The position numbers and the translations under genes were made by a program. From the human T2T-CHM13v2.0 reference genome, Homo sapiens, in assembly GCF_009914755.1 (NCBI RefSeq), contig NC_060936.1: a stretch of DNA of 64,000 nucleotides. One strand, written 5' to 3'. Numbering within the stretch: the first letter of the stretch is position 1; every line of letters starts with the position of its first letter. Positions 42,917 to 55,579 of the stretch are shown one piece after another. Below the pieces are notes generated by a model, which was not told the origin of the DNA, made no database searches, and worked only from the letters and a program-made list of their open reading frames with translations.

Positions 42917-44163
42917 GGTACCCAGTTACAACCTCTCATTTTTCAAATGAGAGAAAACTGAAGCCCTAAGAGGCACCACATCCTCTTGAGGTCACACAGC
43001 TTGTCAGTGGCGGGGCCCAGATGAGGACTCAGGACTTCTGATGTCTCACTGAACCTCCACAGCCCCTCCTGTCTGCACCAACCTCTGCCCACCTCCAGAG
43101 GCAGAAAAGCATCTTCACCTCTCATGGGGTGCTAAGTGCATACAACTCAATTTAGGGACACTATGGCATGGAAGAGAAGGTAGTTGAGGGGAAGGTATCA
43201 GCACCAACCAACTGAAGGGAATGTGAACAAGCCTCTAACCTCTCTGGACCTCAGTTTCCTGATCTGTCGACTGTGCTGAACAGTACCTGTCCCCCAGGGT
43301 TGTCGTGGACATAGATGGAAAGGATGACTATAAAAGCTTCTGGTAAATATTCAGGTCATACAAATACATTTTCAAGTACAGTTGACTTATCAGCTCAGTG
43401 AAATAGGCATGCAATGTATTTGTTTTTTGTTGAGTGATTCACCCTTCTGTTGAGTGATTCAAGCTGAAAGGTCCATATGCCCTTGGGTCTCACCACATAT
43501 TCCAATGCAACCCTCAACTGTGGGTGAAGGGATTAAAGGCCTCTATTTAAATAAAATATCACCCAGAGTGGGAATACATTAAGCCATGATCATCCATTAA
43601 TAGCTGAGCCTAATGAGCTTCCACATTTAAGTCCAGCTGTCGCCCAGCAGGCTGGGGACTTAGGACAGATACAATGCGATGGGTAAAAGAAGCCATCCAG
43701 GAGCAAGGCCAGGATGTAGCAGGCCCTCAGGAAGACAGGGGGAGGTGTGGCAGGATGTGGGTCTCGGGAGGAGTCCTGGTCAGTTCAGGGGGAGCAGGAA
43801 GACCCAGGACCCTGCTGACAGTGGGGAGGAGTGGTCAAAAGGAGGGGGTACTCATTGAAGAGGGGAAGGGGACCCAAATCTACCTTTACCAAATTTAGTT
43901 CCATAAACCCAAGGTTGGACTTACAAAGTACTCAGGGGTCCCATCACACACAGGATGAGCTTAGCAGCTAGCAGCGTGAGGGGAGGTGGCTTCATCTTGC
44001 CCCTCCCAGCCTGTCTGTTGAACAGAGCAGACACCAGTATCCCTACTGGCCAATCCCCATGGCCCTTCCCATGGGCTTCTAACGCTCCCTGCCCCGGGCC
44101 CCCTTCTCACAAACTCCCTTCCCAAAGATGGGCCTAGGACCCACCTCAGGGATGAGAACTCAC

Positions 44164-44296
44164 CCACAGTGGCCGCCATGCCTGGGGAGAACCGGTCCTC
44201 ACAGAATCTCCTCAGGAAGGATGTCTTCCCCACCGCGGAATTGCCCACGAACACAATCTTGAAGAGCCGGTCAGGGGCAGAGGGAGAGCTTTCCTC
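44164..44296 (-). CDS. CRACR2A: CRACR2A exon, Rab G1 P-loop ([45 protein letters not shown])
   Basis: CAG acceptor, G|GTGAGT donor, 133 nt, GxxxxGKT motif. Confidence 0.97.
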
Positions 44297-46064
44297 CTGT
44301 GGATGGCACACAATCTGACCAACTGCAGGGAATAGTCTTGCCAGCCCCTGCCCCTGCCACCAGAGGCCCTTTACCCATCCCTACAGTGGCCCTCAGGAGG
44401 TGCAGACCGGCCTCTAGACCTGCACCAGGAGGCTGCCACAGCCTCAGAATGCAGTGAGCATAGTCGGTCTTGGGGCATGGAGGCTTTTTCCAGCATCCGC
44501 AGGAGGAAGGAGAAACAGCCACCCAAGCGACATTTGCTGTCTGCCTCCTGTGGCAGGGAGGCAGAGGCCGACCCTGGATTCCGGTGGGGTGGAGGAGGCA
44601 GCACGCTCACGGATAAGGACAACTCGGTGCTCCAAGTGTGACGGGGCACAGAGGAGGGGATCTGAGCGGTGGCTTCAAGAGGGGGCAGGAATTCTTTCTG
44701 TGGGGAAGGACAAGGTGGGGCATTTGCACGGAGAAGGAGAGAAGGACGAAAGAAGGCTTATCCACATCACAGGGACAGAGACGTCCCAGGTTGGGACAGG
44801 GAGCTCCTTATTTCTGCCCTATCCTCGGAAGCCTGGACTAAATGGAGGATGCTTTTGCCTCCCTCTCCGTCCATCTTATCGGTTCCCATCGAGGCACTGC
44901 CATCTTCCTTGGGTAACTGAGGCACGAGGGTCTCCACTTAGGAAGCTGGGAAATGCTAGGCTGCTGGGCAAAGCTTCCCAGAGTCAGCCAGTCACTGCTG
45001 CCCTGTCTCTTGGGCCCAGCAGAGGGAAACGGCTGGGACAGGAAAGCCCAGAGGGGAGTGAACTTGCTCTAGGACAAAAAGCAAGCAGGAGGTAGAGTAA
45101 GGAGCCACCTTCCAGCACAGCGTCCTTCTGAGGAATGATCATTCATTCCAGGAGCTGCCGCTCAAACGCAGGCATCTTGCCTTCAGGCCCAGCTCAGCGT
45201 TGCCTGGTCACATGGGGAGGCTCTTTTGAATCTATTTAAAAGTGAATTTGGGGGAATTAGCTCCTCTCATTGAGCAAATACTATAATGTAGTGGCAGGTG
45301 TATTAGCAGTACTTGAGTTTCAGATAAAAAGCCATTAACTGCCTTTTGGAGAGAAATCAATTCCATGCAGTATTTAGGAGAGAATTCAAGGTCATCTACA
45401 AAAATTTAAACTAAAAGTTAAAAAAAAAATAACAACCAACCTGCACTCAAAAACTATGCCTCCTGCCCCATTTTCTTTATTCATGCAATGCACAAGGGCA
45501 CCAACTCTCTGCTGGTCCCTGTACTTTTAATTGTTATTTATTTGAGACTAAAACTCAATGTATCAATCTAATACACCCAAGCACAGTACAGGATAGGGAA
45601 GGTAAAACCCAGGATGGCAGGCAATGGTCCTGGTGGTAGAGGTGTTGCCTGATCCTTAGCCCTGTGACCACTGCCCCTCCCCAGGCAGAGCACTTTGATT
45701 TTGCAGGCAAAAGCCCATAGACACAGCAATGGCTCAGTGTCAGGCAGGACTCACCTCACAGGGGCAGCAAACTCTCAGGTATGTTCATGCACTTAACCCA
45801 CTGTCCCCTCTGGGGGACAGGCCACCTGCCACAGGACAATAAGATGGCTGGATTGCGGGGAGGGGGCTGGAGAAGGAGTATCTGGCTGGCAAATCAGAAG
45901 ATCTCTTCTCACCCTCCCTCCCTTCATGCTTTTTAATTTAAAAAATAAGGCTTTAAGAAATAAAATGTATGCTAATTTTTAAAATTAGGAAATACACAAA
46001 AGTAGAGAGGAAATTAATTCTTCATAGTCTACCCTACCATCCTGAAATGGTCACTATTCATATC

Positions 46065-46407
46065 TTTTTATTTTTATTTTTTAAGAGACAGGGTCACATT
46101 CTGTTGCCCAGGCTGGAGTGCAGTGGTGTAATCATAGCTCACTGCAGCCTTGAACTCCTGGGCTCAGAACTCCTCCTGCCTCAGCCCCTGGAGTAGCTAT
46201 GACTACAGCTATGCATCAACACGCCTGGCTAATTTTCTTATTTTTTGTAAAGACTGGGTCTTCCCATGTTGCTTAGGCTGGTCTTGAACTCCTGGCCTCA
46301 AGCTATCCTCTCAACATGGCCTCCCAAAGTGCTGGAATTACCACCATGGCCTCCCAAAGTGCTGGGATTACCACCATGGCCTCCCAAAGTGCTGGGATTA
46401 CCACCAT
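46065..46407 (-). mobile_element. AluJ with a 3 x 30-bp tandem head; TSD ATTCATATCTT
   Basis: Antisense Alu; CATGGCCTCCCAAAGTGCTGG(A/G)ATTACCAC x3 at 46315-46404; TSD at 46056-46066 and 46415-46425; sits in L1ME-like sequence. Confidence 0.9.
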
Positions 46408-47978
46408 TTTACCAATTCATATCTTGATGCATTCCTTCCAACTTTTCTTTATATCATCTTTGTTTTATTTACAGAAATTTGAGATATATAAAATTTTATC
46501 CTACTTTATCATATATTATTAACTTACAAATTTTTTTAGTCATTAAAGAGTTTTGAAAATACTTTTAACAGCCGTATAATATTCTAGTGAATTAATATAC
46601 TATGCCTTATGTCCCTATTATTGGACATTTTTTTTAAAATTGTTTGCTATTATAAATAACTCTTGCATTCTTGAGTTAAATCTTTGTCTGATTTTGGTTA
46701 TTTCCTTATGAAGAATTCCCAGCAATAGAAGTGCTGGTTCAAAGGATATGGTATTTTTAAGTTTTTGATTCATATTACCAAATGGGTTTCCAGAAGGGTT
46801 GTACCAATTTACACCTCACCAGCCTTGTATGGCACGGCCTGCCTTGCAGTAGCCTTCAAACGAGCGTACCTTCTCTTGCTGGAGCTGTTATGTGGCTGCT
46901 AGTGAATCATACTTCTTCCCTGCTGCAGTTCCTGTTCCCAGCAAAACGGCAGCAGGACCTCGTGGAGTGGGCACAGAAGTGAGAGAGCTCAGTGAGGAGG
47001 GCTGGACTCCCCATCACTGTGGGGCTGGCCTCTCTCCCCTCTGAGCTCTGACTTTCCCATCTGTCAATGGGGAGAATAAATTTCTGATCTGACTCATCAG
47101 ATAGCGGTGAGGATAAAATGCCATAGCAGATGTCTGAGCAGACGCTTAAGCCTTTTTCTTCAACCCCAGCTCCTACTGACCTCTTCTTTCACATTTTACG
47201 GGGACATCTTGGAGTTATATAAGACCCTATTTGTACCCACTGCCAGCAAGTGTAGGTCTGTGCATTGAAGGGGATGTGGAAGGGCATGCAGGAGGGAGGG
47301 GGACCCCACATTGGTGCCACCCAGCTCTCCACTCTCCCCTGCACCAGGGCCCTTGAGGAGTGATCTGCAGGCATGAGTCTTAATCCTGGCCTGAGAATGG
47401 TAACCTATGCCGGGAAGTCCATTAGGTAGCTCACACCCTACTGCAGCCACTGGGAAAAAGTTCAAGGCGGCAAAGGCTCAGTTCTCAATGGCTGCCGCGG
47501 CGTGCAGGGCGGAGCCTCTTTCACACTGCCGTGGATCGTTCTAAACTGTTTCAGAAGGCGGAGTGCAGGATGAGGGCTCGAGGGGCCTATTCCGAGGCCT
47601 GGGTCCCAAACGAGGCAAAGAGCATCTATCACCATGAGCCAGAGGAGCCGCTTTTCATATGGTCTCCCTTTTCCTACAGAATTTAGCAGGAAGACCTGGT
47701 GGGCAGTACAGGGTCACACTGAAGGGAGGAGCAGGCAGGGAATGTCGGGATGAAAGTGTGATTCGCTGATTAAGAACCAAGAGAAAAATGATGGTATGCA
47801 AACTTTCTAAAGCAGAACCTGCCTCTGCTAAGAGCAGTTACAAAGCCTGCAACTTTAAAAGTGTAGGAAATTGTATGCGAGGAGCTTGGCATACAGTCTA
47901 GCTTAAGTAGGTGCCCAGTTAATGCTTTTGAATCTGAATCGGAAGAGAGAGCACAGGGTCGGGAAGGGGGCAAACAAC

Positions 47979-48467
47979 GGTGGGATGTGATGAGGTTTCT
48001 CTTGAAATAATCTGATCAATCTTTTCTTCTTTAATTCAATTTTCTCAATCCCCAATTTTCTCCTTTTTTTCCTTCTTGCCTTTGTTAAATGCCCAGGCAC
48101 GCCACAGTACCAAGCGTTATCAGTACCAGCTCACATTTCTTTCCTTATTTGGAAAGGGGACTCACTTTCTGGCTCATTACACACACCCCTTCCCCTTTCC
48201 CTCCACTTTCTTTTACGTGCCCACCCTATCTAAAAAAAAAAATCAAATGTTTAGCCAGCCAGGATTAGTTTAGATTGTATGACCCGACCCCGGCCAATGG
48301 GGAAGGACTTGCGTCAGAAATAAAGGCTCTCGTGCCCCTTTGTTGAGGTGTGCTCTCATGGTAACTGGCCAAGAAGGCACCCCTCTGCGCAGAAGTAGAA
48401 CTGCTTTGCTAAGAATCCTTTGTTCAAATGTTCAGTTTCCTTAGGATTTTGAGCGTTATTACAAACA
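47979..48467 (+). mobile_element. Solo ERV1 LTR, LTR10-type (HERV-I group; LTR10C-like from recall)
   Basis: GTGGGATGTGATGAGGTTTCTCTTGAAATAATCTGATC start, CCAAT/AATAAA promoter core, GGATTTTGAGCGTTATT...ACA end, 4-bp TSD CAAC at 47975-47978 and 48468-48471. Confidence 0.8.
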
Positions 48468-48684
48468 CAACAGAGGTCTAAGGAGAATTTATCAGGACCC
48501 CTGAGTCTCCCCGCATGACACTCAGCTAAGCAGGGGAAAGTGGTATTTGGAGGACACATATGTGGTGAATCATAAGACCTGCAGCATCTGACCTCCTGAG
48601 CTGCCTCTCCGGGCGCTTGGCCTCAAATGCAAGAGACAGATCATAGAAGTGATGTGCATGAACCAAGGTAGGCTGTGCCCTTAC

Positions 48685-49015
48685 CTTACACAGGGCTTCT
48701 TTTCCAACAGGCTGCCCTCGGGGGGATGTGGGGGTGAGTTTCAAGGGTGGGGCCTCCGGGATTTGTCCCTGTACCCCCTGGTCAGAGACCTCTTCCTCTT
48801 CTGAGCATTTGCTCAGGGGTTGCTCAAAGCCACCATCCAGGAGCTGGGGCAGGGGGTCTTCTTCAACGGAGATGATTCTGCGGAGCGGCCGGGGGTACGG
48901 ACCCCCAGGCCCTGGCTCCCCGGTTCCTGGCTCCTCTTCTGTTAGGGGATATCCACTCAGGCCCAGGGAGCTTCTCCTTGGGATGCCAAACACCTCCTCC
49001 TCCTCCTCTGACTGG
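48685..49015 (-). CDS. CRACR2A: CRACR2A proline-rich-domain exon ([11 protein letters not shown]…[10 protein letters not shown]); alternative start at 49018
   Basis: CAGTAG tandem acceptor after a pyrimidine tract, AAG|GTAAGG donor; 331 nt (334 with the proximal AG). Confidence 0.95.
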
Positions 49016-50016
49016 CTACTGGGGCGGGGAAGAGAGAAGAGTTGGGAGGATTTCACAAAATATTTCAATACGGGCTGCATAACAGCTTTTGTGACGAACA
49101 GATACCCAAGGAGCATCACACCTTTGGACAAGAGCAGTCCGGGAGAGGGAAAAACAAACCAGCCAGCATTCTGCAGCTCATTCATTCAACACGCTTCCAC
49201 TAAGTGCCTGCTGCCACTGCTGTGGCAGATGATGACAAAGATGATGATGATGATGACCAAGTATTAAGTAAAGATGCCATTTACAGATGGACATAATCCC
49301 TGTCCTCACAGAATACTTGATTTAGTGGGGGACTAAAGCAATAATGACACAAATAAATACATCCTTTACAAATTGTGAGACTGCTGTGAAGGAGAAGGAA
49401 AGGTTGTGAAGAAACGTGTCTCAGACTCAGATTTTAATAAAGCGCCCCCGATTAACATTAGCAGATGACCTTGGCTCTGCCCCCAGCGCCAGCCCTTACT
49501 CACTGTGTGTCCTTAGGTAGGACACTCCAACTCTTCAGACCTTGCTGTAAAACGTGGCCCATCTGCTCTATTCCCAAATAAGTCAATGCATAAAAACAGA
49601 CATGTTTGCAAAACATCCTCAGCAGTGTGAGGGGTGCTGTTGCTTTGGGAGGGCCCCCCACCTCCAGACATAGCAGGTCTGCTGGCTCACAGGCAGCTTC
49701 CCCCTAGACAAGAGGCTTTGGGTCAGAAGAAAGCCAGGCAGAGCATCTCCATCCACCTCTCCTTCCTCTCCCTTTCTCTTCCCCTTTCTGTATCCCTAGA
49801 AGTCAGAATCAGGAGTAAGTGGCTCAGAGGCCTAAATATCTTCTAGAAGCATTTGAGCACTAAGGGCAAGGAGAAGCTGTAGGCAGTGCAGGGAATCGGG
49901 GAACTGGATGTGGGGGTCAATGCAGGGTCTGTATTTTCAGTAGGTTTTGAGAGCAAAGGCCTCACAGAAATTGTCTTAAAGGAAGTTTGACAGGGAGGAC
50001 CTTAAGTCCAGAATTG

Positions 50017-50018
<2 letters not shown>

Positions 50019-50058
<40 letters not shown>
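50019..50058. repeat. (AC)20 microsatellite
   Basis: Direct reading. Confidence 0.95.
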
Positions 50059-50061
<3 letters not shown>

Positions 50062-51644
50062 TGCAAGCACGCACACAGACTAGAAAAGAAAATGGAATGG
50101 GGATGAAGCAGTGGGGTGATAGAGCCAAAGGAGAAAGGAACTAAATGAAGGACACAGAATATGCAGAACAGAGAAATACACTTTCTTTTGCTCCCTAATT
50201 TAAAATATGTATTACTCTTAAAGATCAACAGTAGAAAGGAAAAAGAAAAAAAAATGCAGGTATCACCATCCTGAAATTAACTGCGATTCTGCAAGATAAA
50301 TTACGATATAGTGCTTGCTTGAAGAAAGGGTGAATTAGTTTGGATTCCTTGATATGAAAAATAAAGGATTTGCAGCAATTAAAGCACCTTTCCTTTGACT
50401 TATAAAAACAGTTTTAAAAAAGCCAAATGTCTTCTTTCCAGCAAACTTCCTATATATTGCATCAAGCTTATTAAGTGCTTATTTGTTTAAGAACACAATT
50501 GGTATTCCCATCTACTTTTACTCGGCTTACACACACACAAGTGACTATTTGTATGTACACATGAGCAACTACGCATACACACACACAGAGCATGTTTTTT
50601 CAAAGGCTTTGCAACCAGAAAAGAAATAGTCACTTAAACAGGCCTTAAAACAAAGCATTTCTTGGAAAAAGCTTTCTGTCTGGGAAATTCTCAAGCACTA
50701 CTGCCATTCTGTAATACCTGCATCACGGCATGACTGAGTTCATTTTTGGTTTTACCACCAAGTGCTCTCTGCCATCCGTAGGGACAGCAGCTACTTTTGT
50801 CAAAGTCTGCATTAGAATTCAGGGCTCACAATTTGTTGCTTACTTGATTATTGTCTGCTTCTTCCACTCAACCAGAAATTCAATGACACAGAGGTAGGTC
50901 CATTTGGCTCACTACTGTATATCCAGCAAAGAGCACAGGACCTCACACATAGTAGACACTCAATAAATATTTATTAAGTGAGCATTTAATAATGGAGATT
51001 AATGGTAGGACCTCATGTCTAATTTATTTTTGGAGGCTTTACAGAACTCAAAAGAATGTCTGGTACACAGTAGGTAATCAGTAAACGTCTGCTGAATCAA
51101 TCAATCAATCCATTCCATTCTGAGGAACCAACAGGCCAACCACTATTGCAGAGATTTGGCTCCCAAATTGTATCTCATTATTCAGCTATTTAGAACAAGA
51201 ATTCATGATGATCAGGCCCAAAGGTTTTACTGATGAGCTGATTTACATCTCCAGAGTCACTTCCGCTTTGCATATCTTTTTCATTTCACGCTTGCAGTCT
51301 TCAAGGTCTCTCTGGGTCTGATACTGAAGAGTCGGGATGCCTCTATCTCTCTGTGGCCATCTATGTGGACACAGCACATGCCAAAATGAAGAGTGGGCAG
51401 GGGACTGGTTTGTCTCTCAATGAGCAATGAGCCAACCCTTGGGTACTCAAGCTCAATCATGTGCTGCCCAAGAGCAACAAAATGCGTTATGTTTGAGTTA
51501 ATTAAATATAGGTCATGGAAACGATCTGTCAAGCACAAGCCCCAGCCTTGTCTGTAAAAGGAGTTAACTATTGGAGATTCTATTTGACAGTTTAATTAAC
51601 CTTCATAGCCAATATAGTCATGTTCCTAAAAAACCAAGTGCATT

Positions 51645-52001
<357 letters not shown>

Positions 52002-52312
52002 CTACACACTCCCTCCCTCTCCCTTGACCCCTCTCCTCTGCTGCTCTGCAGTCCCTCTCTGCAAACACACAGTAGGGTGGGGCAGCCTCAGAAGACAATG
52101 GTCTGTCCTGTGGGGTTTGCTCTGCACATTCCCCCTCTGGCTTAGATGTCAGAACAGGGAGGGGCATGTGTTCCAAGATTTGAGGGGAGTGAGTGCAGCT
52201 GACCTCAGTTTCCGCACCTCTCAAGGGGTCAGCAGGCACTGAGTATGGGCCCAGAGCCAGCTCCCAATGAGCCTGAGAGGAATGAAGGGATGAGCAAGTG
52301 GAGATGACTTAC

Positions 52313-52419
52313 CTCCTAAGAATCCCTCTGCTGTCCACATATTTGCCTATCACAGAGCCAGATCTCTTTTTCCAACTTGCCCTGGAAGCAGCTGTGTTTG
52401 CCTTGGCTGCCTTATTTTT
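52313..52419 (-). CDS. CRACR2A: CRACR2A long-isoform exon ([36 protein letters not shown])
   Basis: TTTCTACAG acceptor, AG|GTAAGT donor, 107 nt, phase 0 to 2, open frame. Confidence 0.93.
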
Positions 52420-52810
52420 CTGTAGAAACACAAAATGTCCTCAGATCCATGCCTATTTGCTCCGATGTTTGAACAGAAAAGGGCTCATGGTTCCCACCTC
52501 ATAGACTAGGCTCTACACAAAACTCTGAAAGGAGTAGGCAGTGTTCTGGTCTCCCTGTTAGCGTCTAGCCACTCTTCCCTTTTGCCATCATCCCCTACCA
52601 GAATCCCTCCATCTCCTTTCCAGTCAGCTAATCAAATGAACAAGTGCACAGTTTACAGCCTGGGGCCCATCATGCTATTCACAGGAGCACTGATGATTTG
52701 TAAAAGGAAAAGAAGAGATAAGTGTTTAATGCATATTTTCTATACATATTTCTAATGCATCTAGAAAATATACATTAAACACTTATCTCTTCTGAAAAAA
52801 TATATCTATA

Positions 52811-53095
52811 TTTTTGAAACAGGGTCTTGCTCTGTCTTCCAGGTCAGAGTGCAATGGCATGATCACAGCGCACTGCAGCCTCAAACTCCTGCACTCAAGC
52901 AATCCTCTAGCCTCAGCCTCCTGGGTAGCTAGGATTATAGGCGCCCTACCATGCCTGGCTAATTTTCTCATTTTTTGTGGAGATGGACTCTTGCTATGTT
53001 GTCCAGGCTGGTCTTGAATTCTTGGCCTTAAGTGATCCTCCTGTCTCACTCTCCCAAAGTATTGGGATTACAGGAGTGAGCCACCACGCCTGGTC
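52811..53095 (-). mobile_element. AluJ
   Basis: Antisense dimeric Alu ending GAGCCACCACGCCTGGTC. Confidence 0.92.
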
Positions 53096-54271
53096 AGATA
53101 GAAAAAAGAAAAAATATTTACAGGCATAAAAAACTCTGTGAATCTTTAATTCACACTCTTCTGTCTGGCTCCAATCCCTTTTTATTTCTAAAGCCTCAGA
53201 TGTAATGAGAAAGTAACTAGCCAGGAGGATCAATTAACTCAGTGTTCTGTCCTGAGCTAGCATAAGGTAGTTCAGCTCTTTGGTGGAAGTAGGCTGGGTG
53301 TAGATAAACTACTAACATCTGTAACACAGGACCTGGGTGGAGCAGGGGTTTACAACCCCCTTTGCCTATGCTCCCTGACAGATGTCTTCCAGGAGATGAG
53401 GCGGGGGAGTTAGACTGCAGGAAATCTCTCTCGTTAATTAGCCATCCCATGATTCCCAGTGATCCTTAATGAGAGGAGGGGCTGCAATGCTCCCAGAGCC
53501 CCTGAAGGTATGGCTATGCTGATTCTAAATCAATCTTCAATTCTTATTGAATTTATCCCTTTCTTTGATTCCCCACAGAAGTTCTTAATTCCATACCCCT
53601 TTCAAAGCAGAATGAGTTTGGCAGGTAAAGGGAAGGGAGGTGAAGGGATTCGGGTGACATTTGGTTGGAAGTTTTAAAATAAATTCAGTGTTACTTCTAA
53701 AACAATTATAACCATTATCATCATCAAACAAACATGTATGTGTAGGCTCAAGTCTTGCTCTAATAGTACACACAGGTGGGTGGCAGAGATGTTTGCTGCC
53801 AGTCAGCAATGGAAAAGAAACTGTGGCGTAATGCAGTCCCTCAGGGATTTGCAATTATAAAGCAGGTCAGATCTAATTTAGGGCAAACCAATTGCCTTCT
53901 GCTGACCATATCTAGGTCACCGTTCAGCTAAGGGTGCAATCCACATCATCCCCTTTCCAAGAATCTTTCTCAAAGATTCCTGTTGTATGGAGGGGGGATG
54001 GGAATTCACTTTCCTCGCGTGACAGCGGAGGTCATGGTCCAAGGCAGTAAATGACTTGCCCAGGGACCCACATGAAATTCATAGGATGGTAACCCTGATA
54101 ATTAGGAAGTCACATCAATCAATTTGGCCTTCATTTTTCTTCCCTTCAAAGCACCCAGTGGCTCCTGTCTAAAGGGAAAGATGAGTAAGAACATGGAATC
54201 CTAGGTTTTGGCCAATGTGGTCCACAGTGAAGACCTTCAAATAAATATAGGATTTCATGTCGTTTAGGAAA

Positions 54272-54680
54272 GTGTGTGTGTGTGTATATATATATGTACA
54301 TACATATACACACACATATACACATACATACATATATATGCACACAGACTATATATATATAGTTTATATATATATTTATATAATATATATTATATATATA
54401 TTTATATTATATATAAATATATATAATATATATTATATATTTATATTATATATATTATATATATTTATATTAATATATAATATATATTATATATATTTAT
54501 ATTATATATATATATATAAACTGCAGAATGCACTTTGGGGTTCACAGCTGGGAATTTCATCCGTTAATACTAGAGGTGGAGAGGGCAGTCCAGATGACCT
54601 CAAAGTGCTTAGCAGTTTTGTGATTCTACGACTCATATATATATATATATATGCACACACTACATATATATAGAGAGAGA
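54272..54680. repeat. (TG)/(CA)/(TA)n AT-rich microsatellite, interrupted by a 115-bp insert
   Basis: TA-rich tracts at 54340-54519 and 54635-54672. Confidence 0.92.
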
Positions 54681-55179
54681 GACATGGTACTCAGGTATGG
54701 AAGAGTAGGGGTCCCTATAGGATAGAGAAAAATTGTTCATAAAATCAAGTATGAAAACAGTGAAATACACATTTCTAATGTGGTCTATGACAGTATAAAA
54801 TGCAAAATTTTCATCGAGATAAAAATTTAAATGAAGAAGAACGGTGTGAGCATTTTGGTTTAGAAGTGATAATGACATTTCAACTGCGCCATCTCATGGA
54901 TAGAACTATCATTTCTGCATCCAAGAAATGTGCGACCCTCCCAAATATTTCAGTCTTGTTGTGCCAAGAGGAAACTGCATTACTCTGTGGAAAATTAACA
55001 CGTTGTTACCCAGTAGGCCACCCTGAATTTTTATTATTTGCAAAACGTTTTCATGCCGTCATCCTGCCAAATAGATCCCGAGTGTCAGGACATTGCTGGG
55101 CCAGTCTCGACATGGATCTGGCTGTCCAGTGGACCACAGCCCTTGGTCCCCCACAGGTAAGGGAGAACTGGCCAATTAC

Positions 55180-55225
55180 CTGAAAACATATGTCCCGTTC
55201 ATCCCGAAGGTGCTTGTTCCTTTCC
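55180..55225 (-). CDS. CRACR2A: CRACR2A first long-isoform-specific exon (R-ERNKHLRDERDICFQ)
   Basis: CAG acceptor, CAG|GTAATT donor, 46 nt, phase 2 to 0; coiled-coil-like peptide. Confidence 0.93.
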
Positions 55226-55579
55226 CTGTGGATGGTAAAGGGGAATCTATTCAAACATGGAGTTTGCAGTTGACAGATCCAACGGCAGCCAATTTGCTAT
55301 TCAGATGGGTGCAGGGGAAGGTGTGGTATGGAAGACAGGGGAGTCTGTGGAATCTCCTTCCATAGGGATGTGATTAATGGTAGAGGATAGTTTGTGTGTA
55401 CAGATAGGTACACACAGATGTGGGGGATAGACTGAATGCCCTTGAGACACCCGTGGCCCATCAGGATTATGCATGGCCTCTCTTATTATTAGGGGCACTG
55501 CCTACAGAGGGGACCTCAGCATTCCAGCTCCACCTGGGAGCTTCCTGTTGGGCTCCCTCTTTCTTTCTCTCTGTGCACC

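Noticed and set aside
44454-45095. 213-aa plus-strand ORF
   Set aside because: No recognisable domain; GC-rich intronic sequence; consistent with chance.
46315-46404. 30-bp direct repeats as a CRISPR-like array
   Set aside because: No spacers, Alu-derived, eukaryotic context.
47470-47600. CpG/GC-box cluster as an internal CpG-island promoter
   Set aside because: Too short with too few CpGs; cannot be supported from sequence alone.
48728-49267. 179-aa antisense ORF
   Set aside because: Shadow frame of the GC-rich CRACR2A Pro-rich exon.
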